Shown: positions 31,001 through 41,254 of the stretch, one piece after another
Layout: each line of letters starts with the position of its first letter
How positions within the stretch are numbered: the stretch's first letter is position 1
Assembly (NCBI GenBank): GCA_002245135.1
Contig: NGBS01000318.1
Location: 1 to 64,000, forward strand
Reading direction: 5' to 3'
Length of the DNA: 64,000 nucleotides
Source: Proteromonas lacertae
Lineage: Eukaryota
Program-made: the position numbers and the translations under genes
Notes under the pieces: model-generated
The model's input: the letters and a program-made list of their open reading frames with translations, nothing else
The model's database searches: none
What the model was told of the DNA's origin: nothing

Positions 31001-32946
31001 ATTGGTATATATGTACTTTCATCCAAAGGCTTTAACTCTCCACTCTTATATTCTTCATATTTCGATAATACATACTCTTCTATTTCTACAAACTTTCTGA
31101 CCAATTCCATTTCCAAGTCTTCAGGATCTTGTTGTGGACCAAGTTTACCAAAGAAAGTTTCTTCACTGATAATATCTGGATATCTTGAACTTATATGTAT
31201 GCACCAACTACTTAACACATGTCTACTAAATGCACCTTTTGCACCAGGTATTGCTTGTGAAGGATCTATTGGTACTTGTATTACTTCTGTATCCCAATAT
31301 AAGACCACTGGAATCATTTGCATGAATTTGAAGTTATGGAATTCCAAGAAAGTATCAGGTGGTGGGAATTGACGAATGACTCCTCTCTGTAATTGACAAC
31401 TGGTTGAATTATGTAGTTTGAATGCTTGATCTGTTGATAAGGTACAAAAGCAGTATGGACATCTAGTGTAGTAATTATGACAACGCTTATTGTATGGTGC
31501 AAGGAAGGCTTCTAACTTTGTTATTGTCATGAAGTGTTCTTTATAAAACAGTATGTTGACATGTGGGTAGTGTAGCATCTTATCTATTGAAGTTCCATAC
31601 AATGGTATTGGTTCTTTATCCACAATTGTAAATATATTGATAGTGACATGATTCATTTGTTCAAACACTTCTATTCTACCACTATCAGTGATAGGATCAA
31701 TAGGAAACTTCAAACATGTTATATCCATTCTATAAACATACTCCTTATACTTCATAGCTCTATTTCTATGATCCTTAAACTCCATATGATGTAATCCTGC
31801 TGCAACACTATATATAAAACACATACTTTCAGCTTCCTTACTATAATTGGTTAAGTTGATTAAACACTTTCTTCTTACTAAACTTTCAGGTAATAATATA
31901 CTGACATTGTCTGTAGCTGATCCAGTACTTAATGATGTTCTCATCATAATCATTTCCACTAGAGCTATATGTTTATACTTCAAATCACTTCTTTCTGTAT
32001 TGAATATATTATTGAAATCTCTTCCCATTATTCTATTCAATTTTTGGCCAACACTTCCTAATTCACTTACAGTAACTGACTCTGGATTAGTCTCATAGGT
32101 TTTGTAACATAATGGATCAGTTCCTTCAATATCTATAACATTGGATCCAACATATGCAACTCTGATTCTGAATTGAACTTTGGCATGTTCAAAATGAGTT
32201 GTATTGAAATAGTTTCTCAATGCTTTCATATACTCTGATCTAGGATCTGTAACTTGTAACCATATAGCTTCATACTCTCTACATAATGGATCATCACTCC
32301 AATCATGAGAATAAGTTTCTTCATACCTTTCACTTGAACCATGAACAACATCTAAAACATATCTACGAAGATCAAATGGCATTTCTTTTAATCTTTCAGG
32401 ATGATTCTCAACAACATCTAAAGCTAACATTGCTTCTCTTCTAACTCTTTGATCTTCTTCACTAACAGGAGCATCTGGATGTGTTTCTTGTGGTGGTGGT
32501 GGTTGATCATCGTCTACAAGTGGAGATAGTGTTGGAGTAATCTCTTCAGGAGGAGTATCTGGTAATTGACTATCTGGTATCTCAGTTATTCTTTGTATCT
32601 TTGGTGGTGGTTCTTCAATTACAACTGATGAACTCGTTCTCTGATTAACTGGTGTAACATAACCTGGTTGAGCTGTAGTTGTTGAAGATGTTTGAGGTGG
32701 TGGTGGTGGTGCTGAACCTGTTGAAGGTGGAGGCATGATCCCTCCTGCTCCTCCATATACTGGATAAGGTGGTGGATAATACATTGGTGGAGGTGTTGGA
32801 GGAACATAATAAGGTTGGAACCAAGGATTGAAATAATTAAGAGGCATCATGGGTGGGTTACCTGGAGCTGTACCTTGTTGTGGCTGTTGTGAACTTGGTT
32901 GATTATAACCATACGGATTATAACCATAAGGATATCCTGGATACAT
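28090..32946 (-). CDS. polB: Protein-primed family B DNA polymerase with a terminal-protein region, vOTU-like, C2H2 and EndoVII/HNH-like domains
   Basis: Exonuclease motifs YWDTE, HNSKNYD and YLAMD. Polymerase motifs YVDYNSLYP, KLILNSAYGK, TDTDS and KMY. Also CFIYSV...HF (OTU-like), CPYC...H...C and CMWC...HHDHFTGKY...CSNCN. Confidence 0.96.
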   Translation of the reverse strand: MYPGYPYGYNPYGYNQPSSQQPQQGTAPGNPPMMPLNYFNPWFQPYYVPPTPPPMYYPPPYPVYGGAGGIMPPPSTGSAPPPPPQTSSTTTAQPGYVTPVNQRTSSSVVIEEPPPKIQRITEIPDSQLPDTPPEEITPTLSPLVDDDQPPPPQETHPDAPVSEEDQRVRREAMLALDVVENHPERLKEMPFDLRRYVLDVVHGSSERYEETYSHDWSDDPLCREYEAIWLQVTDPRSEYMKALRNYFNTTHFEHAKVQFRIRVAYVGSNVIDIEGTDPLCYKTYETNPESVTVSELGSVGQKLNRIMGRDFNNIFNTERSDLKYKHIALVEMIMMRTSLSTGSATDNVSILLPESLVRRKCLINLTNYSKEAESMCFIYSVAAGLHHMEFKDHRNRAMKYKEYVYRMDITCLKFPIDPITDSGRIEVFEQMNHVTINIFTIVDKEPIPLYGTSIDKMLHYPHVNILFYKEHFMTITKLEAFLAPYNKRCHNYYTRCPYCFCTLSTDQAFKLHNSTSCQLQRGVIRQFPPPDTFLEFHNFKFMQMIPVVLYWDTEVIQVPIDPSQAIPGAKGAFSRHVLSSWCIHISSRYPDIISEETFFGKLGPQQDPEDLEMELVRKFVEIEEYVLSKYEEYKSGELKPLDESTYIPIHRKITKCMWCNTPFDENDKNKRRTRHHDHFTGKYLATLCSNCNWHCSLQHLQIPCIAHNSKNYDNNFIIRGLSKLDKEMEAEWNVSLQQQQPIQQPPQPSIPIPDTTTTVDERLTEYNRGIEEEKKQEEEEEEDRLVDISTQEDYEDEEEIPLPIEPPNTIEIVDENDPNNEEAFNELYYMLHSREEYLSPRTAEDLGLEEEMGNIVTSQPITTQPMNNNKRKYRSKLSVLLKTDNKFLMIKFNKLHFIDSFQFMSSSLDSIVQSLKIEAESGGEYEKLFHPVYQYVREDTKIQKCLKDHDWTVNDFMMKWGLQKGHFPYEYVDHIDKLYNTKELPPREAFKSKLKQEEEIPQDIYDSCQALWKLLEMNDLMEYNLFYLAMDVLTLTSVFDHFRNVVFKHFILDPCWHVSCPGLAWSIFLRRCNVKIELLADQDKYDFIRKGLIGGISMIGSMRKAEAKNHYMDPPFFEDLHAIPPKRESYIMYVDYNSLYPSTMASMKLPYKDFRWEKPEIYIDVIKKMKPYEDIMHSSNPEDQKLWKDPESRGYILEVDIDPPDRCGFSEYPLFPERKMIYFRDLSQEQKQWAIELGMVDKNGELKNNTPRIICDLSRKYHYVVHYQYLNYAVKLGYKVNKVWRVISFCETAYAYDFVMQCHLLRKAAKSAHRDAEADTFKLILNSAYGKTCENTENRCRSKLVNSEEQFLKCTSNPYFTGFVSIDGCDLRVCKFKKYKCAIDKPSYIGMAILCQSKYLMAKFWYGQLYRKYRDGLTLLMTDTDSFIFRVATKDFYRDIADDLTIQGCMDTGNINCDYLKQRGIRYQNYQRTGELNLLKMEENKSDQLYTITRFCGLKAKMYAYEKQRVDGPIHLFKSDSRAKGVSKGYRVKTCDYDYYTNILDSRDLQKVYVDQYSFRSAKQVLYTVRVPKLAFTIFDIKRCYLTRISSVPYLLNRDPNESEAARNMYDNYNNVFN

Positions 32947-33142
32947 AATATAACCTAAAAATTCTTAGAACTAGAAGTTAATAAGATATATACTTGATTA
33001 TTGGCTACGACGTTTAGCCATCCAATAATATTGTTAATTCAAATGCTAGTTTGATTTGAGCAACTCCCCAATAAGAAAAAAGAAGTTTCAAAAATATATT
33101 CGTTTTAATTCCATTTCGTTACAAAATCTTAAAATCGTCAAA

Positions 33143-33721
33143 ATGCGTCAATCAGTTTATCAATATGATTTAGATCAAGTGTACAACCATACTACTGTAT
33201 GGCTAAAATGTTTGGAAGACATATCGACCAAGATTCAAAAAGATGATATTCATTTTGTAAGTTTATTGAAAATAGGTGTAGCACAAGATCTCTCAGACTA
33301 CAATCTAATTTTATTTAAAGCTTTTATAGAAGACTGTGCAGAAAAGATAAAAGATCTAATCCGAGAGTTAGGAGTCGTCGTTAGATATAGAGATGAGTTA
33401 CAAACGTATACCAAAAGATTACTAGTACTCAATAAGCTTTGTTGGATACGTGATCGTATTAGAATGTGGTGGGGTATATTAAAAATGCATGCTCAAAATT
33501 GGATTATGGAACAGCTTCAAAATTTAGGTGAGGATTTAATTAGAAAGGATCAAGAGATTATCGAAGAAGTAATTCATTGGCAATACATGTGTGAGCATCC
33601 AGAGGAAGCAGCCAAAGAAAAAGTATTGAAAGATATGATGGAAAAGAGATATAAGGTTCAACCAGGGATTGTGGATCCAAGAGTTAGAAGGATGCTGAAT
33701 CTACCTGATGATTTAGAATAA
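33143..33721 (+). CDS. Viral hypothetical helical protein
   Basis: ATG at 33143 (MRQSVY), divergent from polB. Confidence 0.7.
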   Translation: MRQSVYQYDLDQVYNHTTVWLKCLEDISTKIQKDDIHFVSLLKIGVAQDLSDYNLILFKAFIEDCAEKIKDLIRELGVVVRYRDELQTYTKRLLVLNKLCWIRDRIRMWWGILKMHAQNWIMEQLQNLGEDLIRKDQEIIEEVIHWQYMCEHPEEAAKEKVLKDMMEKRYKVQPGIVDPRVRRMLNLPDDLE

Positions 33722-33777
33722 ATTAAATGCTTAATCATAATATCTTATACTATGATATGAATTGGTGTTTATTATAT

Positions 33778-33867
33778 AGGGAAAGCTAAATCGATTACAA
33801 ATTAAGGGAAAGCAAAAACGATTATTAAGGGAAAGCTAAAACGATTATTAAGGGAAAGCTAAAACGA
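33778..33867 (+). repeat. Subterminal tandem array, four copies of AGGGAAAGC(T/A)AAA(A/T)CGA
   Basis: Units start at 33778, 33805, 33828 and 33851. Confidence 0.92.
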
Positions 33868-34031
33868 GTGTAGGTGGGTATAAGTGCAAGAATGAGTGTA
33901 ATTGCGAAAATGTGTAACGGTTGGCCGTCGGTTATTTCTGAGTAGTGTAACCGACGCGTAACCGAAAGTGTAACCGTTTGCAACCGTTAGAATTCCGTTA
34001 TGTCCAACCGTTATTGAATAAATTAAGATTA

Positions 34032-34151
34032 TGCAAAATAGAATTGAGGCTTGATCAAACAAGTTATAAAAAAAGATGCGTTACTCGTGGTCTAGCTTGG
34101 TGGCACAGCATTCGAGCCTAATGGTCTGTAGCCCTTACTATATATTATTAT
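34032..34151 (-). repeat. Right terminal inverted repeat (120 bp)
   Basis: Exact reverse complement of 8640-8759. Confidence 0.97.
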
Positions 34152-34157
34152 AAATTA
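34152..34157 (+). repeat. Right target-site duplication AAATTA
   Basis: Matches 8634-8639. Confidence 0.85.
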
Positions 34158-34160
34158 CTT

Positions 34161-34550
34161 ATGGATACATCTAGATTGAAAAATAATATGGCAGATGGAA
34201 TTTTAGGAAAAGGGGGATTTGGTGAAGTGTGGAAGGTATTTCATAATGGCAAAACATTATCTAGAAAAGACATAAACCCAATAGGTCGAAATAGGGTCAA
34301 TATAATAAATGAAATGTTTATACTAGAAATGATGAAGAATCGTAATGTTTTGTCTTTATATGATTATTTTTACTGCCCAGTGACTGATAGTTTTCACATT
34401 TATATGGATTTATTAAATAATGGAAGTTTATATGATGAGGTTAAAGATCATGACCTCAATTATAACTATTACACTTTAGAAGTAAGATATTAATGATTTT
34501 ATACATTTTTTAGGAAATGTTGATATATATGTTAATATACATATTTTGAA
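34161..34550 (+). pseudogene. Truncated Ser/Thr kinase (N-lobe only)
   Basis: LGKGGFGEVWKV, a Lys and MDLLNNGSLY. An intron at about 34482-34513 is followed by EMLIYM (the same intron position as the 7284-8532 kinase), then a stop just before the dispersed repeat. Confidence 0.7.
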
Positions 34551-34553
34551 ATG

Positions 34554-34655
34554 TGAAAATATTATTTACTTATTACTAATATTTTGGCATTACTTTTTTT
34601 GTTCTCAATAGCACTTCAATAAAACAAAAATTCTTGCTTATCAACATAATAATTT
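34554..34655 (+). repeat. About 100-bp dispersed direct repeat, copy 2
   Basis: Near-identical to 6504-6603. Confidence 0.9.
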
Positions 34656-35126
34656 ATTCTTCTTCATAATTTTTTTGATGAATTCCAATAATTGTAATAG
34701 AGGAGGTAAAAGAGGAAGATATCATAGAAACTGTATTTGTTATGTTTTATTAGTAGATTCAAATAAATATAGAAACAAAAATACAATAAATGAAGATAAT
34801 TTAGGTAATTTTGCCATAAATGCTCATACTTTACCATCAAATGCTCCCATAAGATGTTTGACAGAAGAAGAGCATAGTAGTTCTATGGAATTGGGTATAT
34901 ATAAACATTTCATTATATATTCTTATTCTGTAGAAATTAATGGTAATCCTGTTACTAATGAGACACATTCATCAGAAGTATCTAATCATTGTCAGTCATA
35001 TCAGTCATATCCGTCATATAGACAAGAGTATTTATATATAGTTTTTATAACTATAGATATGCTTATTTCAAATCATCATTTTTAGAAGATCCATGGCAAT
35101 CTTTATTAAACAAATAGATTTTATAA

Positions 35127-36374
35127 TTATAGATTTAATTCTTTCTTATAACATATTTTCTTTAAATGACGAAAATCAACTAACGATTTACTCGTTTTAT
35201 CATACATTTTGATATAAAGAGGGATTAATTCTGGTGACTTCAAATCTAAATCAACTATTCCTACTCTATACTTTACTATAAAACCATTATATCTCAAAGT
35301 GTTGATATCGTCCTTATAATCATCATCATTTTCAAATATCTCAATTGTAATCATTATTGTACAATCTTTTGCACTTTTTGAAATTACAAAAACTTTCAAT
35401 TTTTCAATCTCTTCTTTACTAAAACCACTTTCATTTTTATTTGTTATAATATCATTCAATTCTTCTAAAGATAATTTATTCTCATTCTGAAGAGTGTAAA
35501 TAAAAGATAAAACATTTGTTTTAAGGAGAATCAATGTATATATTTCTATCAAATTATCAATTGATATAATTTCATCTTTTCTATTAATAATATCATCTTT
35601 TAACGTATTAGTAGTTTTGCTATCAACAAAAAAACTTAAATTATTTTGTGGTGTCTCAAATAAACAACGAAATGCTTTTATAATATTTTCTTTTACATTT
35701 GAATACATCAAAGCTGGACAATATTTACTCATCTCTTTTTCTTTATTTTTACTGTATTTGTAATATTGAAAACAACAGAATTGACATAAATCGGTGTTTG
35801 GAAATTGATCACATGATTTGGGCTTGATTTCGAATGTAATTTGTGGTGTTATGGACTTTGATTTGATATGATTTGGAATGACTAAATATGTATTATCTTT
35901 AACTAGATAAACATCTGTTATTTTTGTATTTATTACATCTATTGATTCATTCATGTATTTCTAAAAATAAAACAAGTATTAATAGAGTATATATATACTG
36001 GAGTAATCTTATTCAATTGTGATAAAAACTCTCTAAATTAAAAAACATAATTCTATATAAAACATACTCTGTCACTGTAATAGATTTAGTAAATGGAAGA
36101 TATTCTGAAGATAATGGAATAAGAGGCTTGATTATTTCCTCAAGATATTCGTTTGTATCAAGAGGCATACCAATTTCTTTCAAAATGTCAGTCTTAAATG
36201 CTTTAACTGTATCTTCAACAACAATTTCCAACTTTGTACATCTCAAAGCCCAACCCATGTACATTTCGTCATTACCAATATATCTAAACACGATATTCTT
36301 GGAGCCTTCTCCCTAATATGTAAAAGTGTGTTTGATACAATATATATCCATTGAGACACTTCCTGAAAAGACAT
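35127..36374 (-). CDS. IPK1: Inositol-pentakisphosphate 2-kinase, multi-exon
   Basis: GEGSKNIVFRY (after a 26-nt intron), FEIKPK, CQFC, YCP, PQNNL, SAKDCTIMIT and IVDLDLKS. Confidence 0.85.
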
Positions 36375-36428
36375 ATTGAATTTATTCAAAATAGATTTGA
36401 AAATTTCTTTGTTTTTATATCTTTCTAG

Positions 36429-37610
36429 ATGTTAGGCTTGTTTGGAAGTAAAGACAAGAAGATTGAAAAACATGTAACTAAAAGTGTAGAATCACTTAAA
36501 ACAATTGTAGCTACAAAACCAGAAGAGTATGAAAGTAGTACAGATTACCAAGATGTATGGTAGTTAATGATTTATTAAATAGGCCTGCGCAGAATTAGAT
36601 AAACGCTTGAATTTGATGGTTGAAATAATAGTTGGTAAAGTATTTTACTCGTAATATGAATATTTAGGAAGGTAAATCGCCAGATCAAGAGTCATGCGAT
36701 ATGTTAGGCAAGCAGATGATCGAAAAGAAGCTAATGTTACAGTTTATTGAAAATCTTCATAGAATTGAATTTGAAGATAGAAAAAGAGTTGTTACTTTAT
36801 TCACTGCTTTGGTAAGAAAGAATTTTGGTGATTTTGCTAAGAATTTTTTATTGAAGACTGATGATGGTAAAAGAATCATCTTATTTCTTAGTAAAGGTTA
36901 TGAAGATAATGAAATTGCCTTAAATTGTGGTACAATGTTGAGAGAATGTTTAAAGCATGAAGATATTCATTTGCACGTATTATCAAGCAAAGAAATAATA
37001 GAACCTTATTTTACCAAGTATTTACATGATGCTAATTTTGATATTGCTTCTGATGCATTCTCAACAATAAAGGATTTATTAACAGAAAATAAGACTGTTG
37101 TTGCTAATTATTTAAATCCAAAGAATGATAATTTCAAACCGGTATATATATTTATTATTATTATTCCTATATAGTTCTTTGATTTATACAATAAATTACT
37201 CGAATCTAAGAATTATGTCACTCAACGTCAAGGACTTAAAATTTTAGGTGACGTATTATTAGATCGTACATATTATGATATTATGATGGCTTATATATGT
37301 GAAACTAAGAATCTCATCTTAATTATGAATTTATTACGTTTAAATTCACCAGCTATTCAATTTGAAGCATTCCATGTTTTTAAAGTTCTTGTTGCCAATC
37401 CAAATAAACCAGCTGATATTGCGAATATCTTAAGACAAAATTGTACAAAGTTAATTGCCTATTTGGAGAAACTCTTACCAGAAAAAGGTATAAATACATT
37501 TGTTTAGTTTTGTATTATGTATAGAAGATGAACAATTCCTTGAAGAGAAGAAATTACTAATAAATACTTTAAAAGATCTTGAAAAAAGTGAAGCAAAACC
37601 ATCTGCTTAA
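36429..37610 (+). CDS. CAB39: MO25/calcium-binding protein 39 family, multi-exon
   Basis: [31 protein letters not shown] and [19 protein letters not shown]. Confidence 0.92.
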
Positions 37611-37767
37611 AATCAATTAATGAAAATAAAAACTGATATTAACAGTTAATAAATTGATATTTCTTCTATTCTCATTTTTTCACTCTAAATTTACTTATTT
37701 ACAACATAATCAATAAAATGTATATATATGAAAAAAAAGAACAATAAATTATGATTGTTTTGGTGAT

Positions 37768-40700
37768 CTAATCATATCACTTAGTTGTTTTCTCAATTGA
37801 TCGTATTTCTCTATAAAAGTATCTCTCTTTCTCTCAGTATCACTCAATCTATTTCTCAATTCTTGGCATTCATTATCAACTACTCTCTTTTCATCAGCTA
37901 TTGCATTATTTTCTTCTTCTAATTTCTGTAATTGTTGTTTTAATTTTGAATTATCTGCTTGTAATCCTATTCATTCATTATATAATAGAATAGAATATTA
38001 TTTAAATACGTTGAATCATATTGTTGTAGTTCCTTTCTTGGCTTCTCAAAGATTTCATCACTGGATCATTTTCGTGGAAATAATTCTTGTACTTCTTATA
38101 TTCTTGATATAATTTGGAGTATTTCATTTGATAGTCTTGAGTTGTGTCAAGTAATGATTTATGTTGCTGTTCTAATATTGCATATTGATCTACTTGTTGT
38201 TTGTAGAGATTACATTCAGTTACTAATTCTGCATATGCATTTGACACTTGTTTCTTTTCTTCAATATAAGAATTCAATTTTGATTCTATTGATAGTGATC
38301 TTTCTCTTTCATTCTCTAATTTCACTTGAATTGCCTTTATTTCATTCTGAGATGACTATTAAATATAATGAATTAATTAATAATGAATATATATATATAT
38401 ATACATCTTGTAGATTTTGATATTGTCTTTTCATCTTATCCAACTCATTTTTATTATTTGCTAAATCCAATGTCAAATTTCCATTCTCTTGTGTACTTAT
38501 CTCTAGTTTATCTCTTAATGATATATTCTGTAATGACATTTCATTATATTGCTGTTTCAAATTGTTTATTTCTTTCTGTAAAGAGTGAATATTCTTTGTA
38601 TAAGATACTAATTGTGACATTACATTGGATGAATCATTTGGTAGTTTGGATAGTGTTTGATGTAAATGTTCTATTTCTCTATTATATGATTCATTTGCAT
38701 CTTTTAAATCACTAATTCTTCTATTCAATTTATTTATTTCTTCTTTATATTTCTCACATTGTTTTTCATACTTTTGTCTGCTTTGCTTTTCTTTTTCACA
38801 AATCATTTTTATTGCTTTCAGCTCATATATTGATTCTTCTAGTTTATGATATTTCAATAACAATTCATTGTATTCTACTTGTCTATCTGTTATTCCTTTT
38901 GAATTAGACGATAATGAATTTGAACCATTATCATAGTTTTCCATTACATTTTTTACTTCTTCATATTTCTTTATCCAAAATTGTATTTCACTAACAAACA
39001 TTTCTGTTGCTACTTCTTTACTGTTGTTGTTATTTCCAATGTTTGTTGAATTTATAACACCTATTTGATTTGATACTTCTTCTTGTTGATGTTGGTTTTG
39101 GTAGTTTATTGGTTCTAAATGTGAAACAATTGATTCATTATTATCTGTATCTAACTCATTCTGTTGTTGTTGATTGATTATATTTCCATCAATATTTGAT
39201 GGTATTTCTGCATAAGAATTTTCTATATTGTCATTATTATTATTATAAAATAAACTTTCCATTGATGGAGAATAAGGAGGCGGAGGAGGTGGAGATTGTA
39301 AAGGGTTGAAGTAATTACAATTATTATTATAAGGTGCAGAGTAAACTGGATGTAATTCTGCAGATATTGGAACACTTGCATTTTTGATACTACTAATACC
39401 ATTAATCTGTGATTCTGTAAATGGAGTTGGAATTGGAACTGGAGATTGTAATGGTAATGGTGGTGAAGGAGGAGGTGGTGGAATAGACATTGAATTAATG
39501 GATGGATAGTATGATTGATTGTCATATTGTTGTTGTTGTTGTTTTTGTGAATAATGAACTTGTCCATAAGAAATAGATTGTTGATTTATTGAGGAAGGTG
39601 GTGGAGGTGGAGGTGGTGGAATACTTTGTTGATACTGAATATTATCATTATTATTATTATATGGTGATAATTGATGTTGTTGTTGTTGTTGTTGTGATAG
39701 TTTATACAAATCACTTGTTTGTAATGGACTGTCATTGAAATGGGACATTGGAATAAGTCTATTTACTTTATTAATAGGAAATTGATTCTCATTGTTATCA
39801 TCACCATCATCATCTTCTTCTTCTTCTACCTCATCATCACTTTCTATTGGTTTTTCTGTCTCGTTTATTATTTCACCTAACACATCTCTTTGAGTGTATA
39901 ATTTATCTAATAATTTCATCTTTTCAACATTACTCTCTATCATTGGTTGGCACATGTTATATATTTTTGTTGAATATTCCAATAACGATTCATTCAAATC
40001 GTATGATTTTGCACTATCATTAACATGTGTCAAAAACATTACTTTGCTATGAATTGTAAATGTTGACTTCAATAAACAAGTTAACAGCGATTCTCTCCAT
40101 CCTTTCAAACTCTCTTGCATCTATAATAATCATAACATATAATACAATATATATATATACAGTATCAATGCACTTTAATAAACTCAAATAATCATTGTTT
40201 ATTATTGAAGCACTATTATTGATATTATCACAATTTGTAACTGTTCCTTTATCATATCCAACTAATTCGACTAATTTATATTCACTAACAACACAATTCC
40301 ATTTGTATTCTTTATTTAATTCAATACTATTTTCATCTACAAATTAGAATAAAAACTTATATACTTTCTTTTTGTCTTTCAATGAAACTTTCCACACTTT
40401 CCTTCAAACTCTTTTTTGTGTTTTCTTTTCTATCTTTCAATATACTATACCATTTCTCCAAATTAATATCAATAATTAAATGCTCCCAATTCTCTTTATG
40501 TTTATTTTTATACTCATTTATTCTATTCACTATCAAAAATATATCTTCAGTTTTTGCTATTTCCACTTTCTTATTTCCTATTAAATATGTTCTGTTCAAA
40601 TTACAGCCATGATCACATCTAAACGTCAATTTATTCTCTTCTTTGTCATTTAATACATCATGAATGGTTTTTTTATGGAGTGAATATACACTCAAATTGA

Positions 40701-41142
40701 TTCTATATTTCTTTTTATTGCTATTTTCACTTTTCACCAAATTCAGCATTTGTAATAGAGATCTTTGAAATAAACCTAAATTCTCTCCTTCTCCTAATAA
40801 ACTCATCGATTTACCCATTTTTGAACCTCCAAAGAAGAAAATTGTGCTATTACCACTGAAGAACAAATCTTCTACAAATTCTCTAGTATATTGATATATA
40901 TCTTCATTATTTTCATTTTCAATAACATGATCGAACTTATACTTTGACGATAGCAACATACTGTTTTCAAGTGAACTATACTAAACAAAATAAATAATGT
41001 TTCATTATACTGGATTTTGCATCATTATTTTATCTACATTTTGGCACTTACTTGTTTGAAAAATAGATTGGTTTGTATTTCTATTTTTCTTTATTTTTAA
41101 TGCTATATGCCATTCTGTCTTATGTGTTTGAATGCTTGACAT
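37768..41142 (-). CDS. Divergent kinesin-like protein (degenerate motor, P/Q-rich linker, coiled coil), multi-exon
   Basis: KYKFDHV, NSTIFFFGGSKMGKSMSL (P-loop) and IHDVL, followed by a long coiled coil. Boundaries are approximate. Confidence 0.65.
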
Positions 41143-41254
41143 GGTTCTTTCTATTCGTTCTATCAAGTTTGGCTTTATAACTGTTATAATAATTTAAATC
41201 AATTTCAATAATTTATTCGTTTCATCGTTTTTAGTTTTAGTTTTTCTTGCGTAT

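Larger units (their letters stand above)
8640..34151. mobile_element. Endogenous Polinton/Maverick (adintovirus-like) DNA virus, 25,512 bp, apparently complete
   Basis: 120-bp identical TIRs and a 6-bp TSD. Encodes pPolB, rve integrase, A32 ATPase, adenain-like protease and two capsid candidates. Its dense, essentially intronless genes contrast with the intron-rich flanks. Confidence 0.96.

Noticed and set aside
33778..33867. Possible CRISPR array
   Set aside because: The units are near-contiguous 23-27-bp tandem repeats without unique spacers, there are no cas genes, and the context is eukaryotic.
34675..35085. 136-aa plus-strand ORF as a gene
   Set aside because: It has no recognisable motifs and lies in a rearranged region next to the repeat, so it cannot be supported.
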